A stretch of 64,000 nucleotides of DNA from Deltaproteobacteria bacterium (GCA_034670305.1 JAXMNT010000006.1:172980-236979), one strand, 5' to 3'. Shown: positions 1-9,605, counted from the first letter of the stretch. Numbers and translations: made by a program. Notes: generated from the sequence alone by a model not told the origin.

Positions 1-79
1 CCGTCAGCACCGCCGCGCCCCCGGCGACGGTCCCCTTCTTGCGGGATTCTTTCTGTACGTCCGAACGTGCCTTGGCCAC
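1..79 (-). CDS. 5' part of a small hypothetical protein running off the window edge (MAKARSDVQKESRKKGTVAGGAAVLT...)
   Basis: GTG at 79-77, open to the window edge. Basic N-terminus followed by the start of a hydrophobic stretch. TGC-TAGAAA -10-like element 7 nt upstream. Not in the ORF track. Confidence 0.45.
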   Translation of the reverse strand, partial: MAKARSDVQKESRKKGTVAGGAAVLT

Positions 80-191
80 GACGACCTTTCTAGCATGGAG
101 GAACGACCGATACGAACGTGTGCCGGCGCGGTTCCCCCGACAAAGAGAGAACGGACAGCCACCGTCCCGTATTTCGCCCACGCGTGATGGG

Positions 192-385
192 CGGCTTCGG
201 CGTCGGCTTCGGCTTCGGCGTCGGCTTCGGCTTCGGCGTCGGCGTCGGCGTCGGCTTCGGCTTCGGCGTCGGCTTCGGCTTCGGCGTCGGCTTCGGCGTC
301 GGCTTCGGCTTCGGCGTCGGCGTCGGCTTCGGCTTCGGCGTCGGCTTCGGCTTCGGCTTCGGCCTCGGCGTCGGCTTCAGCTTCG
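192..385. repeat. Hexamer tandem tract (GGCTTC/GGCGTC)n, i.e. GCCGAA/GCCGAC on the minus strand, about 32 units
   Basis: Directly visible. Begins about 17 bp after the helicase stop codon. Confidence 0.95.
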
Positions 386-401
386 CGCCAGCCTCCTCAG
401 C

Positions 402-2285
402 TCAGGCCTTGGCGCGTTCCACGGTCAACGACTCGCCATTGAACTCATGGCCGTTCAGGGCTTCGATGACCGCGTCGACCTTCTCGGCCGGCACGAAGAC
501 GAAGCTGTGTTTGTCGCGAAGCCGGATGCGGCCCACGTCCTTGCGCTCGAGCCCGCCGATCTCCTGGAAGAGTTCGTTCAGGTCGCGCACCCGGGTGCCC
601 GCCTGCCGGCCGGTGCCCACGTAGAGGCGCACGTGGTCTTCGTCGTCCCGCTCCGCGCGCTCTTCGTCGCGTTCCTTCGAATCGCTCGACGCGCCGTTGT
701 CGTCGGTGCGGCCTTCGCCGCGTCGGCGCCGACTGCGCCGACGGGGCCGCTCCTGGCGATCCGGATCGCCATCGTCGGAGGGGCGTTCGTCTCGCGCTGC
801 GGCCGGTTTTGCTTCGAGCTCGTCTTCGGCTTTCGGCTTCGCAGCCGCCTTCACAGGCGCCTTCTTGGCCGGCTTCTTCGGCTCGGCCTTGGGCGCGGCC
901 TTCGCGCGTTTCGGCGCGGGGCGGGGTGCTTTCTCGCGGCGGGTGGCGGCCGCGACTTCGTCGACATCCGGGGTCGTGCCGAAGAACGCGCCGAGCAGAC
1001 CGGCGATCAGACGCTCTGCCTTGGGGTGCGTGAGCAACCGGGCGGCGACGGCGCGATCGATCTCGGCGGTGCCGGTGATGGCGGCGTCCAGCATGCCGAG
1101 ACGATCCATCTCGCGCCGGGTGCGCTCTTCGCCAGCGCTCGGGAGCGTGCGTTCCTTCGGGAAGATCTTGTACTGCAAACGCAGGTAGTAGAGCGTCCCG
1201 AGCTCTTTCGGACTCACGAGCGCGATCGCGGTGCCGGTGCGCCCCGCCCGTCCGGTGCGGCCGGTGCGGTGGATGTACTGCTCGATGTGCTCGGGCAGGG
1301 AGAAGTTGATCACGTGCGTGAGGTGCGAGACGTCGATGCCGCGCGCCGCCACGTCGGTCGCGACCAGGAAGCGCAGTTCTTCGGCACGGGTGCGCGCCAT
1401 GATCTTCTCGCGGTCGCGTTGCGCGAGGTCGCCGTTGAGCCAGTCGGCGTTGTAGCCGGCCGCCTGCAACGACGCCGCGACCTGTTCGGTCTCGGCTTTG
1501 GTGTTGCAGAAGATGATCGCGCTCTCGGGATCTTCGACCTCGAGGATCTTCACCAGGTCGCCAGCGCGGTTCTGACCGGTCACCGTGTAGATGAAGTGGT
1601 CGATGCCGAGCGCGCCCACCGCGTCGCCGCTCAGCTCGAGGAACTGGGGCTCGACCATGTGGCGTTTGCTCATGCGCTGCACCGGGGAGTCCACGGTGGC
1701 GCTGAAGAGCAGGGTCTGCCGCTTCTTCGGCAGCAGCTCCATGATCGCGTTGAGTTCTTTCGCGAACCCCATCGACAGCATCTCGTCCGCTTCGTCGAGG
1801 ACGAGCACCTTCAGGCCCGAGGGATCGAGCGTGCGCCGGCGCAGGTGGTCGAGCACCCGGCCTGGGGTGCCAGAGACGATCTGTGCTCCGTCGGCCAGCT
1901 CGCGGGTCTGCTTCTCGATCGGCGCGCCACCGTAGACGGCGGTGGTGCGGATGCCCTTGTGGGCGGCCAACTTGCCGATCTCGCGCGCGCTTTGAAGCGC
2001 CAGCTCCCGGGTCGGTGCGAGGACGAGCGCTTGAACGCCCGGCGTGTCGTCGACGATGCGGTCGACGATCGGGATCCCGAACGCGCCGGTCTTGCCGGTG
2101 CCCGTTCGAGCCTGGACGATGAGATCGCTGCCGTCGCTGGCGAGGGCGTAGCTCTCGGCCTGCACGAGGGTCGGCGTGGACCAGCCCATCGAGTCGAGGG
2201 CTTCGAGGACGTCCTTGCCGATGCCGAGCTCGGCGAAGGTTTCGGGGCCCGCAGGGGCTTCCGGGGTTTCTACGGTTTCAGTCAT
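402..2285 (-). CDS. deaD: DEAD-box RNA helicase (DeaD/CsdA-like) with C-terminal DbpA-type RNA-binding domain
   Basis: Q motif (PTLVQ), ARTGTGKT, PTRELA, TPGR, LDEADEML, SAT, TDVAARGID, YIHRTGRTGRAG. C-terminal RLYVGTGR...VGRIRLRDKHSFV resembles the DbpA RBD. Confidence 0.88.
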   Translation of the reverse strand: MTETVETPEAPAGPETFAELGIGKDVLEALDSMGWSTPTLVQAESYALASDGSDLIVQARTGTGKTGAFGIPIVDRIVDDTPGVQALVLAPTRELALQSAREIGKLAAHKGIRTTAVYGGAPIEKQTRELADGAQIVSGTPGRVLDHLRRRTLDPSGLKVLVLDEADEMLSMGFAKELNAIMELLPKKRQTLLFSATVDSPVQRMSKRHMVEPQFLELSGDAVGALGIDHFIYTVTGQNRAGDLVKILEVEDPESAIIFCNTKAETEQVAASLQAAGYNADWLNGDLAQRDREKIMARTRAEELRFLVATDVAARGIDVSHLTHVINFSLPEHIEQYIHRTGRTGRAGRTGTAIALVSPKELGTLYYLRLQYKIFPKERTLPSAGEERTRREMDRLGMLDAAITGTAEIDRAVAARLLTHPKAERLIAGLLGAFFGTTPDVDEVAAATRREKAPRPAPKRAKAAPKAEPKKPAKKAPVKAAAKPKAEDELEAKPAAARDERPSDDGDPDRQERPRRRSRRRRGEGRTDDNGASSDSKERDEERAERDDEDHVRLYVGTGRQAGTRVRDLNELFQEIGGLERKDVGRIRLRDKHSFVFVPAEKVDAVIEALNGHEFNGESLTVERAKA

Positions 2286-2784
2286 GTTCTTCTCTTCTTG
2301 GGACGTCGTCGTCGTGGAAGGACCGCTCGAGCTGCGCGAGCGCGCGGCCCTCTTCGCGGTTCACCCTCCGCAACGTGTCCTGCAGCCGAAAGCGAATGCT
2401 TGCGGCGCGTTGGTGGCGGGGATCGTCCGCGCATGCAGGTTGCAATGCGAGGTGCCGATCGTCCCAACCACGCAGGAAAACGTCGAGGTCGGTGGGGTCG
2501 CCGTCCAACTGTTGGGCGGCGTGGGTCCGGAGCTCGACGACTTGGGCCCGAAGACCCTCCTCGCACTGCTCAGGGACATCTTGGGGGGTGCTGGGCTCGG
2601 GCCAGAACACGGCGGGGATCACGGAGCTGAAGCCGACCGTCATCACGTAGAGCATGAAAACCCAGTAGATTCCGAGCGCGACGCGTCGTCCACGCCGCCC
2701 AGCCCGCGCGACGGCTGCCGCGTGTGGGGTCGCCGGACTCGGCTCGGAGCCCGCCTCGGGCTCCTCTTGCTGCGCGTCGGCCAA
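2278..2784 (-). CDS. Hypothetical single-pass membrane protein; start uncertain (TTG 2784 chosen)
   Basis: Hydrophobic segment VALGIYWVFMLYVMTVGFSSVIPAVFW. Stop overlaps the deaD start (translational coupling). Confidence 0.6.
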   Translation of the reverse strand: MADAQQEEPEAGSEPSPATPHAAAVARAGRRGRRVALGIYWVFMLYVMTVGFSSVIPAVFWPEPSTPQDVPEQCEEGLRAQVVELRTHAAQQLDGDPTDLDVFLRGWDDRHLALQPACADDPRHQRAASIRFRLQDTLRRVNREEGRALAQLERSFHDDDVPRREEHD

Positions 2785-2978
2785 TCGTGCCTCGGGGGTT
2801 TTGCCCCGTGTTTCGGAGCTTTCGGAGCACCTCTCGAAGAGAGTCAGTACCCCGGAATTCCGAGCCTTTCTAGCCTTCGCGCCCCCGACGGTCAAGCCGG
2901 GCGTGGCCGGCCCCAAGCGAATCGCACCGGGCCTGTGGGAGTCGGTGCGGCCCGACGGCGGCATGCTATGGCCGGGTC

Positions 2979-3152
2979 GTGGGATCCGGAAGCACAGGGC
3001 TGTTGTGGTACGTGCTCTGCTGCGGCTTCATCGGCTTCACGGTCAGCCTGGGCCTGGTGCTGATGTGGTGGGGAGAGCGTCGAAAGCGGCTTCGACGCGA
3101 GGCCCGGCGAGAGGGCCGGCTGCCCCCCACGCGCACCGACGATCTGCCGTAG
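2979..3152 (+). CDS. Small (57 aa) single-pass membrane protein, absent from the ORF track
   Basis: Hand translation MGSGSTGLLWYVLCCGFIGFTVSLGLVLMWWGERRKRLRREARREGRLPPTRTDDLP*. TM helix followed by an Arg-rich tail. GC-rich third positions. Confidence 0.6.
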   Translation: MGSGSTGLLWYVLCCGFIGFTVSLGLVLMWWGERRKRLRREARREGRLPPTRTDDLP

Positions 3153-3188
3153 CCGCCACGGCGCCTCCCCGGGCCCGTGCCCTTGCCC

Positions 3189-3302
3189 GGCATCGGCTTC
3201 GGCTCCGGCATCGGCATCCACATCGGCATCCTTGTTGTCGTGCCCTCGCAGCCCACGACGATCATCAAGGGCACGGGCAAGGGTACGCGCAAGGGTACGC
3301 GC
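3189..3302. repeat. Short hexamer tract (GGCATC/GGCTTC) followed by 12-mer repeats (AAGGGTACGCGC-like)
   Basis: Visible at 3189-3230 and 3267-3302, intergenic. Confidence 0.75.
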
Positions 3303-3350
3303 ACCGATCGGAGCGGGTGGAGTCCGCCCGACTTCTGGTAGTCTGCGCGC

Positions 3351-4934
3351 ATGCTCAGGCGCCTCGTCGAATCATCGGGCCATGCCCCTGTCTGGACCCT
3401 GGGAGTCGCGTGTCTGCTCGGCTGCGTGGGCGGCGACGCCTCGCCCCCCCAGGTGAACATTCACGATCCGCTCGGCCTCATGGACGTGGTCGGCGACCTC
3501 CGCCTGCTCGTCTTCCCCGCCGCCGCCCGCACCTGTGACGTGGCGCTTGGAGAACTGTCGCCCGCGCTCAGCGATGCGTCCGGCGCGACCTTCGACGACG
3601 CGGTGGTCGACATCCGCTTCGGCACCGACGAGGCCGCCATGGTCACGCTCGACGAGGGCCTCTACACCGTGCTCGTCCGAGGGCGCGGCATCGACCCCGT
3701 GTCGATGCGCCCCGACCAGATCGTCGCGACCGGCTGCGCGGGCGACGTGCAGATCGATTCTGGCGGGACCCGCGACATCACCCTCGAGCTCAAGGATGTG
3801 GTCGGCATGGGGGTGTGCGACGACGGAGTGCTCAGCCCCGACGAGCAGTGCGAAGCGGTCACCGGCCCCTCGCCCTGCGTCGCGTGTGTGACCCAGAGTT
3901 TCGTGTTTCACACCGCGACCGAAGCGACCCAGGAGCGGGCCTCCGTGGCCTGGGGCGTGGGACAACGCATCCTCGTGTCGTTCGAGAGCAACGCCAGTTC
4001 CCGGGAGGTCCGCACGATGGTGCGCGACGGACGGGGCGACATCATCATGTCGCCGAGCGCGCTCGCCATCGACCAGCCCGTCGACTTCGACGCACCGGTG
4101 GCCGGCGTCCAGAGCACGAGCGCGGCGGCGATCAGCGCGGCCCGCCTGGGTGTCGCGTTCACCGACTTCCCCGGTGGCATGGGCGAGATCCTCGTCCGCT
4201 TCTTCGACCAGACCCGGTCTCCGATGGGACCGCCCACCGCGGCCCATCCCATGACGGGCGGCCAGACCTTGCCGGACATCGCGATGACCGCGGACGGAAC
4301 CGCGTTGGTGGTCTTCGCCGACACGACGTCCGCGAGTGGCGCGTCGGCTTCCCTCTTCGCGGCGGGTTCGACCACGCCGGGCACCCCGGCTGCGATCGGC
4401 ACTGCGAGCGTGCAGACGCCTGCCGTGGCTGCGGCGGGGACCGGGTTCTTGGTCGCGTTCGTCTCGGCCGGCGACATCTTCGTCCAGCGGTTCGACGCGG
4501 CGGGTGTCGCGTCCGCTGCGCTGCCAGTCGCGATGGACGCGGGCGAGCAGAGCGACCCCGCCGTCGCGGCACTCGATGCCGATCGGTTCCTGGTCACGTG
4601 GACCGATCCAGGAGGCATCCGAGCGAAGGTCTTCACTGGAGACACCGGAGGCACCACGCTCGTGGTCGGCGCGGGCGTCGCTCCGGCGGTCGGGGCGGGG
4701 GGCGAACGTTTCCTGCTCGCGTGGGAAGATGCCGGGACGATTCGGGCGCGCCTCTACGATGGCAGCGGCCAACCGGCCCGCAACCGTGAGTCGCCGCCCA
4801 CGCCCGACGCGTTCGTCGTCGCGATGGGGGCCAAACCCGACGTCGCCGCGGGTGGCGACGCCAGTCAGGCCGCGGGCATCGTGGTGTTCGAAGCCGCGAC
4901 CGACATTCAGAGCCGGATCTTCCCGCTACCGTAG
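3351..4934 (+). CDS. Putative lipoprotein with a Myxococcus-type Cys-rich motif and a beta-rich repeat (propeller-like) C-terminal region
   Basis: Lipobox-like ACLLGC; CDDGVLSPDEQCE motif; repeated Q-x-x-P-x-V-A...F-L-V-x-W...I-x-x-R units. Confidence 0.75.
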   Translation: MLRRLVESSGHAPVWTLGVACLLGCVGGDASPPQVNIHDPLGLMDVVGDLRLLVFPAAARTCDVALGELSPALSDASGATFDDAVVDIRFGTDEAAMVTLDEGLYTVLVRGRGIDPVSMRPDQIVATGCAGDVQIDSGGTRDITLELKDVVGMGVCDDGVLSPDEQCEAVTGPSPCVACVTQSFVFHTATEATQERASVAWGVGQRILVSFESNASSREVRTMVRDGRGDIIMSPSALAIDQPVDFDAPVAGVQSTSAAAISAARLGVAFTDFPGGMGEILVRFFDQTRSPMGPPTAAHPMTGGQTLPDIAMTADGTALVVFADTTSASGASASLFAAGSTTPGTPAAIGTASVQTPAVAAAGTGFLVAFVSAGDIFVQRFDAAGVASAALPVAMDAGEQSDPAVAALDADRFLVTWTDPGGIRAKVFTGDTGGTTLVVGAGVAPAVGAGGERFLLAWEDAGTIRARLYDGSGQPARNRESPPTPDAFVVAMGAKPDVAAGGDASQAAGIVVFEAATDIQSRIFPLP

Positions 4935-5027
4935 CGCTTCTTCCGGACGCTCAAGCGGTCGCGTGACGCCGGGCCGACGGCACCTGCGGGTGTCGCTTGG
5001 TGGCCGACGTGGCATGATCGGCGGCGT

Positions 5028-6641
5028 ATGCCCCCGTGGCGGTACCGCGTCATCTACTTCGTCCTGCTCCCCGCGATCGCGATCGCGACGGGCATCCTCG
5101 GGTACTACACGTGGGTCAGCGCCTCGGGGTTCGCGCGCCTGGGCGAGCAGACCATCGCGGACAGCACGCTGCTGCTGGTGCGCGAGAAGGTCGAGTCGAT
5201 CGAACGCTACGTGATCACGCAGGACAACCTCGCGTTCGGCCTCGTCGAGCTGGCGGATGGGACCAGCATCGAGTCGAAGTGGTTGCCGGTGGCCGAGCAA
5301 GTGACGCCGAGCATTCACGCGCTGCTCTTGCTCGACGACGCCGGTGAGGTGCTCGGCTACGCGAACCGCGGCAACGAGCGGGAGGCCGCGCGCTTCTTGA
5401 AAGTGTTCGAAGAGCGCATGCTCGGCGAGCTGGAGTTGCAGCGGCTGACGGTCGGTCGGCTCAAACACCTTCACCAGTCGTTCGGCAACAAGAGCTACCT
5501 GCTCTCTTACGAAGCGCGGCGGCATGCGGGTCGCAGGGTGTACCTCGTCGCGCACCACGACACCGAGTACATCGTGGAAGAGGAGTTCCCGCGGCTCTTC
5601 GCCACCGAGGAAGGCAAGCGCCAGTACAACGTGGTGTCGGACGACAACCGCCGCGTGTACGGACCGAGCTTGGCCAACGCGGGCGACTACCTCGTGGGCC
5701 ACCGTTTCCCGACGACGCTCTACGCGTGGCGGCTGCAGGTCGCGCCGAAACAGGCGCCGCTGCTCGAGCGGCAGGGACGGAGCCGACGCGCGACCGACCT
5801 GGCGCTGCTCGGCATCGCCTTCTTGGTCGTGTTGCTCGGCGTGTTCTTCTTGCTCTACGCCGCGCACAAAGAGCGCCAGCTCAACGCGCTCAAGGGCGAG
5901 TTCATCGCGAACGTCTCGCACGAACTCAAGACGCCCCTCTCCGTCGTCCGCATGTTTGGAGAGATGCTTGCGAGCGATCGCGTGCGGAGCGAAGAGAAGC
6001 GACAGCAGTACCTCGAGATCATCGTCCGAGAATCGGAGCGACTGACGACGCTGATCGACAACGTGCTCGACTTCTCTGCGCTCGAACGGGGCCGGCCCAT
6101 GTACGCGATGCGGCAGCGCGATCTCGAAGAGGTGGTGAACCACGCGCTCGAGACGTTCCGCTACCGGGTCGAGCGAGAAGGCGTCGAGATCCAGCTCGAC
6201 GTGCGGGGCGAGCTGCCCCCGGTGAAGATCGACGAGCAGGCGTTCGTGCTCGCGCTCGTGAACTTGCTCGACAACGCGATGAAGTACGGCGAGCGCACGC
6301 CGATCACCGTGACGCTCGAGCACGTGCGCGACTTCGTGCAGGTGCGGGTGCGCGACCGCGGCCCCGGCATTCCGCCCCAGTCTCAGAAGCGGGTGTTCGA
6401 ACGGTTCTTCCGTGGCCGCCGCGAGTCCGACGTGCGCGGCAGCGGCATCGGCCTCGCGCTTGTACGCCACATCGCCCAGGCGCACGGCGGGCGCGCCTGG
6501 GCGGTGAACTCGGATGAAGAAGAGGGCGGCGCCGTCGTCTCCTTCGCCATCCCCGCCCTCGCCGCCGGCGCCGCTCGAGACGCAGACGTGAGCGACCCGG
6601 GCAGCAGCATCGCGCCGGAAAGCGACCCCGCCGCAGCCTGA
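5028..6641 (+). CDS. Membrane sensor histidine kinase (HisKA + HATPase)
   Basis: Two TM segments; H-box FIANVSHELKTPL; N-box LVNLLDNAMKY; DRGPGI; VFERFFR; GSGIGLA. Confidence 0.93.
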   Translation: MPPWRYRVIYFVLLPAIAIATGILGYYTWVSASGFARLGEQTIADSTLLLVREKVESIERYVITQDNLAFGLVELADGTSIESKWLPVAEQVTPSIHALLLLDDAGEVLGYANRGNEREAARFLKVFEERMLGELELQRLTVGRLKHLHQSFGNKSYLLSYEARRHAGRRVYLVAHHDTEYIVEEEFPRLFATEEGKRQYNVVSDDNRRVYGPSLANAGDYLVGHRFPTTLYAWRLQVAPKQAPLLERQGRSRRATDLALLGIAFLVVLLGVFFLLYAAHKERQLNALKGEFIANVSHELKTPLSVVRMFGEMLASDRVRSEEKRQQYLEIIVRESERLTTLIDNVLDFSALERGRPMYAMRQRDLEEVVNHALETFRYRVEREGVEIQLDVRGELPPVKIDEQAFVLALVNLLDNAMKYGERTPITVTLEHVRDFVQVRVRDRGPGIPPQSQKRVFERFFRGRRESDVRGSGIGLALVRHIAQAHGGRAWAVNSDEEEGGAVVSFAIPALAAGAARDADVSDPGSSIAPESDPAAA

Positions 6642-6650
6642 CCCCACGGG

Positions 6651-7055
6651 CTTCTACATGGGGATTGTCGCTCCGCGGCTGGGCTCGACCTCCTCGTCGG
6701 ATGCCTCCTGCGGGGGCCGACCGCTCGCTCTTTTACATGGGGATTGTCGCTCCGCGGCTGGGCTCGACCTCCTCGTCGGATGCCTCCTGCGGGGGCCGAC
6801 CGCTCGCTCCGCTCGACTGCCCCACCGCTCCGCGACAATCCCGCTCCGCGACAATCCCGCTCCTCGTCGGCTGCGCCTCCTGCGGGGGCGACTGCCCCAC
6901 CGCGGGGGCCGACCGCTCGCTCCGCTCGACTGCCCCACCGCTCTTCTACATGGGGATTGTCGCTCCGCGGCTGGGCTCGACCTCCTCGTCGGATGCCTCC
7001 TGCGGGGGCCGACCGCTCGCTCCGCTCGACTGCCCCACCGCTCCGCGACAATCCC
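6651..7055. repeat. Cluster of a 103-bp REP/MITE-like element with 11-bp terminal inverted repeats (GGGATTGTCGC...GCGACAATCCC): two full copies, one truncated copy and fragments
   Basis: Full copies at 6740-6842 and 6953-7055. Truncated copy at 6661-6730. Shuffled fragments at 6843-6943. Each copy is preceded by TT(C/T)TACATG. Confidence 0.85.
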
Positions 7056-7061
7056 GCGCCG

Positions 7062-7703
7062 CTACTCGGTGGGAAAGAAGGCGTCCACCCAGCGGGGGCT
7101 CAGCCGGCGGTCTTCGGCCAACTTCGCGAGCGCGTCGCGGGTGGTCCTAAGGATGGCGGCGCAGCTCGTGAGCCAGGCTTCGGTCCGCGCTTGATGGCGA
7201 CCGAGCGCTGCGTACGCCTCGGCACGATCCGAGAGCGCGACGTGACCGAGCTGCAGCGCAGCGCGCAGGGCGTCGGCATGGGCGTCTCTCAATGTTTGCG
7301 CGGCGTGGTCTTTCGAGGCGAGCCGGCCGAGCACGAGCGTCGCCATCGGGATCTCGCAGGCGAGCCCAAGCGCGATGATCTCTTCGTGCGGTTCGGGGAA
7401 GAACTTTTGGTAGGTGTCCGACGCCGCGTCGCAGGTCTCGAGCAAGTCGGTCGCGAAGCGATGCAGCCGATGGTCGAGCGCGGCGTCCGCGATCGACACG
7501 CGCGCCCGCGCGGCGGTGGCCATCGCGCGCAGGTCTTCACCATCGGTCTCGATCGCTTGCCACTCTTCGAGCTCGGCGCGAATGCGCGCGAGCAACCGAT
7601 GAATGCGCGGGTCGTCGCTCTGCGTCGCGAGCGCGGCGCCGACGAAGATCAAATCTCCACGCCGGCGAAGCCAGTCGTGCCGCCCGGTGAACGCCCACTT
7701 CAC
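7062..7703 (-). CDS. Hypothetical alpha-helical protein
   Basis: 213 aa ORF with typical codon usage. GTGA overlap with the stop of the upstream gene. Confidence 0.7.
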   Translation of the reverse strand: MKWAFTGRHDWLRRRGDLIFVGAALATQSDDPRIHRLLARIRAELEEWQAIETDGEDLRAMATAARARVSIADAALDHRLHRFATDLLETCDAASDTYQKFFPEPHEEIIALGLACEIPMATLVLGRLASKDHAAQTLRDAHADALRAALQLGHVALSDRAEAYAALGRHQARTEAWLTSCAAILRTTRDALAKLAEDRRLSPRWVDAFFPTE

Positions 7704-8740
7704 GAGTCACCCATCATGTCGAAGATCTTTCCGATCGCGCCGCCGCCCAGGCCACCACCCGCAGAGGGTGCGCTTGGTGTGGCGCTTCCGCCGAACAGAC
7801 TGCCGAGCTGACCCATGACCGAACCGGCCATCGACTGAGGCGTCGGCATGCCGCCGCCCATGCCGGGCACGCCGCCCATGCCAGGCATCTGAGGCACCTG
7901 CGCGCCCGGTGCCATCGGCGCCTGCATCTGTGGAGCGGCCGGTGCGTCGCCGGTTGGACTCAGGCCGCCGAGCAACCCGCCGAGCACGCCACCCAGTCCG
8001 CCGGTCATCGCGCCGGTCATCGCGCTGCCCATGCCGCCGCTGCCGCCGCCAGTCATCATCCCGACGAGTCCGCCGCCGCCCATCATGCTTCCGATCGCGC
8101 CGCCCATGCCCTGACCCATGACGCCACCGTGGGTCGCTCCGCCGGCCGGCACACCAAAGCCGCCCATCTGTGGCGCGCCGCCCGGGGCACCCATCTGAGG
8201 TGCGCCCATCGAGGGTGCGCCCATCTGCGGCCCGCCCATCGTCGGCGCGCCCATCTGTGGTCCCGTCGCGGCGCCGCCACCGGTGAGGCTGCCGAGGTCG
8301 AGCCCGTTGCGCATCTTGTCCCACAGGAAGTCGATGAGCAGCGGCGTCAGGCCCGCGCCGATCGTTCCTGCGACCCGCTGAGGCAGACCCCAGCGCGAGG
8401 CGATGACCTGCGCGACGTGGCCGCCCACGACCCCCTGCAGTCCATCCTTGGCCGCGCCCATCAACCCATTGCCCCGCACGAGACCGCTGACCGCACCGGC
8501 CAGGAAGTTGGTCACGTAGTGGCTGCCGCCGACATCCGTCAACGAGGCCGGCGCGTCGGGAGACGCGGCGGCTGCGGAGCCACCCGGCATCGCGCGTTGC
8601 ATCGCTTGCGCGGCCGCGGGGAACGCGGACTGCAAGAGTCCTTGGGCTTGCCCGGGCGGATAGCCTTGGGACTGGAGTTGCGTCATCGCCTGTTGGCCTT
8701 GCGGCGCGGACAGGAAGTTCTGGAAGAGGGAGCCGAGCAT
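7700..8740 (-). CDS. Gly/Met/Pro-rich low-complexity hypothetical protein (N-terminal part DUF937/YidB-like, tentative)
   Basis: 346 aa; PQMGA/PTMGG/PSMGA pentapeptide repeats; GGLGGVLGGLLGG. TAGCAT 6 nt before the ATG. Confidence 0.75.
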   Translation of the reverse strand: MLGSLFQNFLSAPQGQQAMTQLQSQGYPPGQAQGLLQSAFPAAAQAMQRAMPGGSAAAASPDAPASLTDVGGSHYVTNFLAGAVSGLVRGNGLMGAAKDGLQGVVGGHVAQVIASRWGLPQRVAGTIGAGLTPLLIDFLWDKMRNGLDLGSLTGGGAATGPQMGAPTMGGPQMGAPSMGAPQMGAPGGAPQMGGFGVPAGGATHGGVMGQGMGGAIGSMMGGGGLVGMMTGGGSGGMGSAMTGAMTGGLGGVLGGLLGGLSPTGDAPAAPQMQAPMAPGAQVPQMPGMGGVPGMGGGMPTPQSMAGSVMGQLGSLFGGSATPSAPSAGGGLGGGAIGKIFDMMGDS

Positions 8741-8759
8741 CGCCCGATGCTAGCAGGTG

Positions 8760-9449
8760 CTACACGACGAGTTTGTAGCCGACCCCGTAGACCGTCAGAA
8801 TGTGCCGCGGCTCGTTGGGCACCGGCTCGATCTTCTTGCGGAGCTTCACGATGAAGTTGTCGACGGTGCGGTTGGTCGGGTTGGCCTCCACGCCCCACAC
8901 CCGTTCGAGAATTTCGTCGCGGGACACCGGCGTGCCGTGCTGCGAGAAGAGCAACTTGAGCAGCTCCACTTCGTAGAAGGAGAGGGCGGACTCTTCGTCG
9001 CCGCGCAGCAGCCGTTGGGTGCCCGGGTCGATCGTGCAATCGCCGATCTCGAACGGGGTCGCGACCGGCGCGGGACCGCGCGACGCGCGGCGCAGGAGTG
9101 CGCGGATGCGGGCGACCAGTTCCCCCACCGCGAACGGTTTGGTCACGTAGTCGTCCGCGCCGACCCCGAGCCCGCGGATCTTGTCCGTCTCCTGGCTGCG
9201 CGCGGTCAGCATGAGAATGGGCACGTGCGCGTTCTTCTCCCGCACCCGCTCGCAGACCACGTAGCCGTTCATGTCCGGAAGCATCAGATCCAGAAGGATG
9301 CAGTCCGGATCTTCGCGCGCCGCGATCTCGACCGCGTCTTCTCCGGTCTTCGCGTGCAGGACCACGAACCCTTCGAACTCCAGCGTGTCGACGAGCCCCA
9401 GCGCAAGCGCAGGGTCGTCCTCCACGATGAGTATCGTGCGCGGGTCCAC
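8760..9449 (-). CDS. OmpR/PhoB-family DNA-binding response regulator
   Basis: ILIVEDD, LLDLMLPDMNG, LMLTA, GADDYVTKPF, wHTH RTVDNFIVKLRKKIE...TVYGVGY. The real start is GTG 9449, not 11603. Confidence 0.93.
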   Translation of the reverse strand: MDPRTILIVEDDPALALGLVDTLEFEGFVVLHAKTGEDAVEIAAREDPDCILLDLMLPDMNGYVVCERVREKNAHVPILMLTARSQETDKIRGLGVGADDYVTKPFAVGELVARIRALLRRASRGPAPVATPFEIGDCTIDPGTQRLLRGDEESALSFYEVELLKLLFSQHGTPVSRDEILERVWGVEANPTNRTVDNFIVKLRKKIEPVPNEPRHILTVYGVGYKLVV

Positions 9450-9576
9450 CGCCGGCCATGGAACCACAGGACGCGGCCCTCGGCAGGGGAAATCTCGCCG
9501 TCCGTTCGAGGCTTGGCCCCTCGACCGACTGACTTCGCTATGGGTCGCAAATGCGGCCCACCTACTGCCGCCTACA

Positions 9577-9605
9577 TTGAAGCGGACAAGGGGACCTTGT
9601 AGAAT
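9577..9605 (+). promoter_or_regulatory. Sigma70-like promoter TTGAAG-N17-TAGAAT, probably leaderless, for the Cys-rich lipoprotein
   Basis: -35 at 9577-9582, -10 at 9600-9605, ATG 6 nt later at 9612. Confidence 0.6.

Noticed and set aside
39-2630. Long antisense/shadow ORFs (also 16642-18942, 25622-29128, 38213-41473, 51565-55410, 13343-16429, 22363-24828)
   Set aside because: They lie opposite well-supported genes, are expected in high-GC DNA with biased codon use, and have no recognisable motifs.
6651-7055. CRISPR array
   Set aside because: Units are 79-103 bp with no unique spacers, and there are no cas genes in the window.
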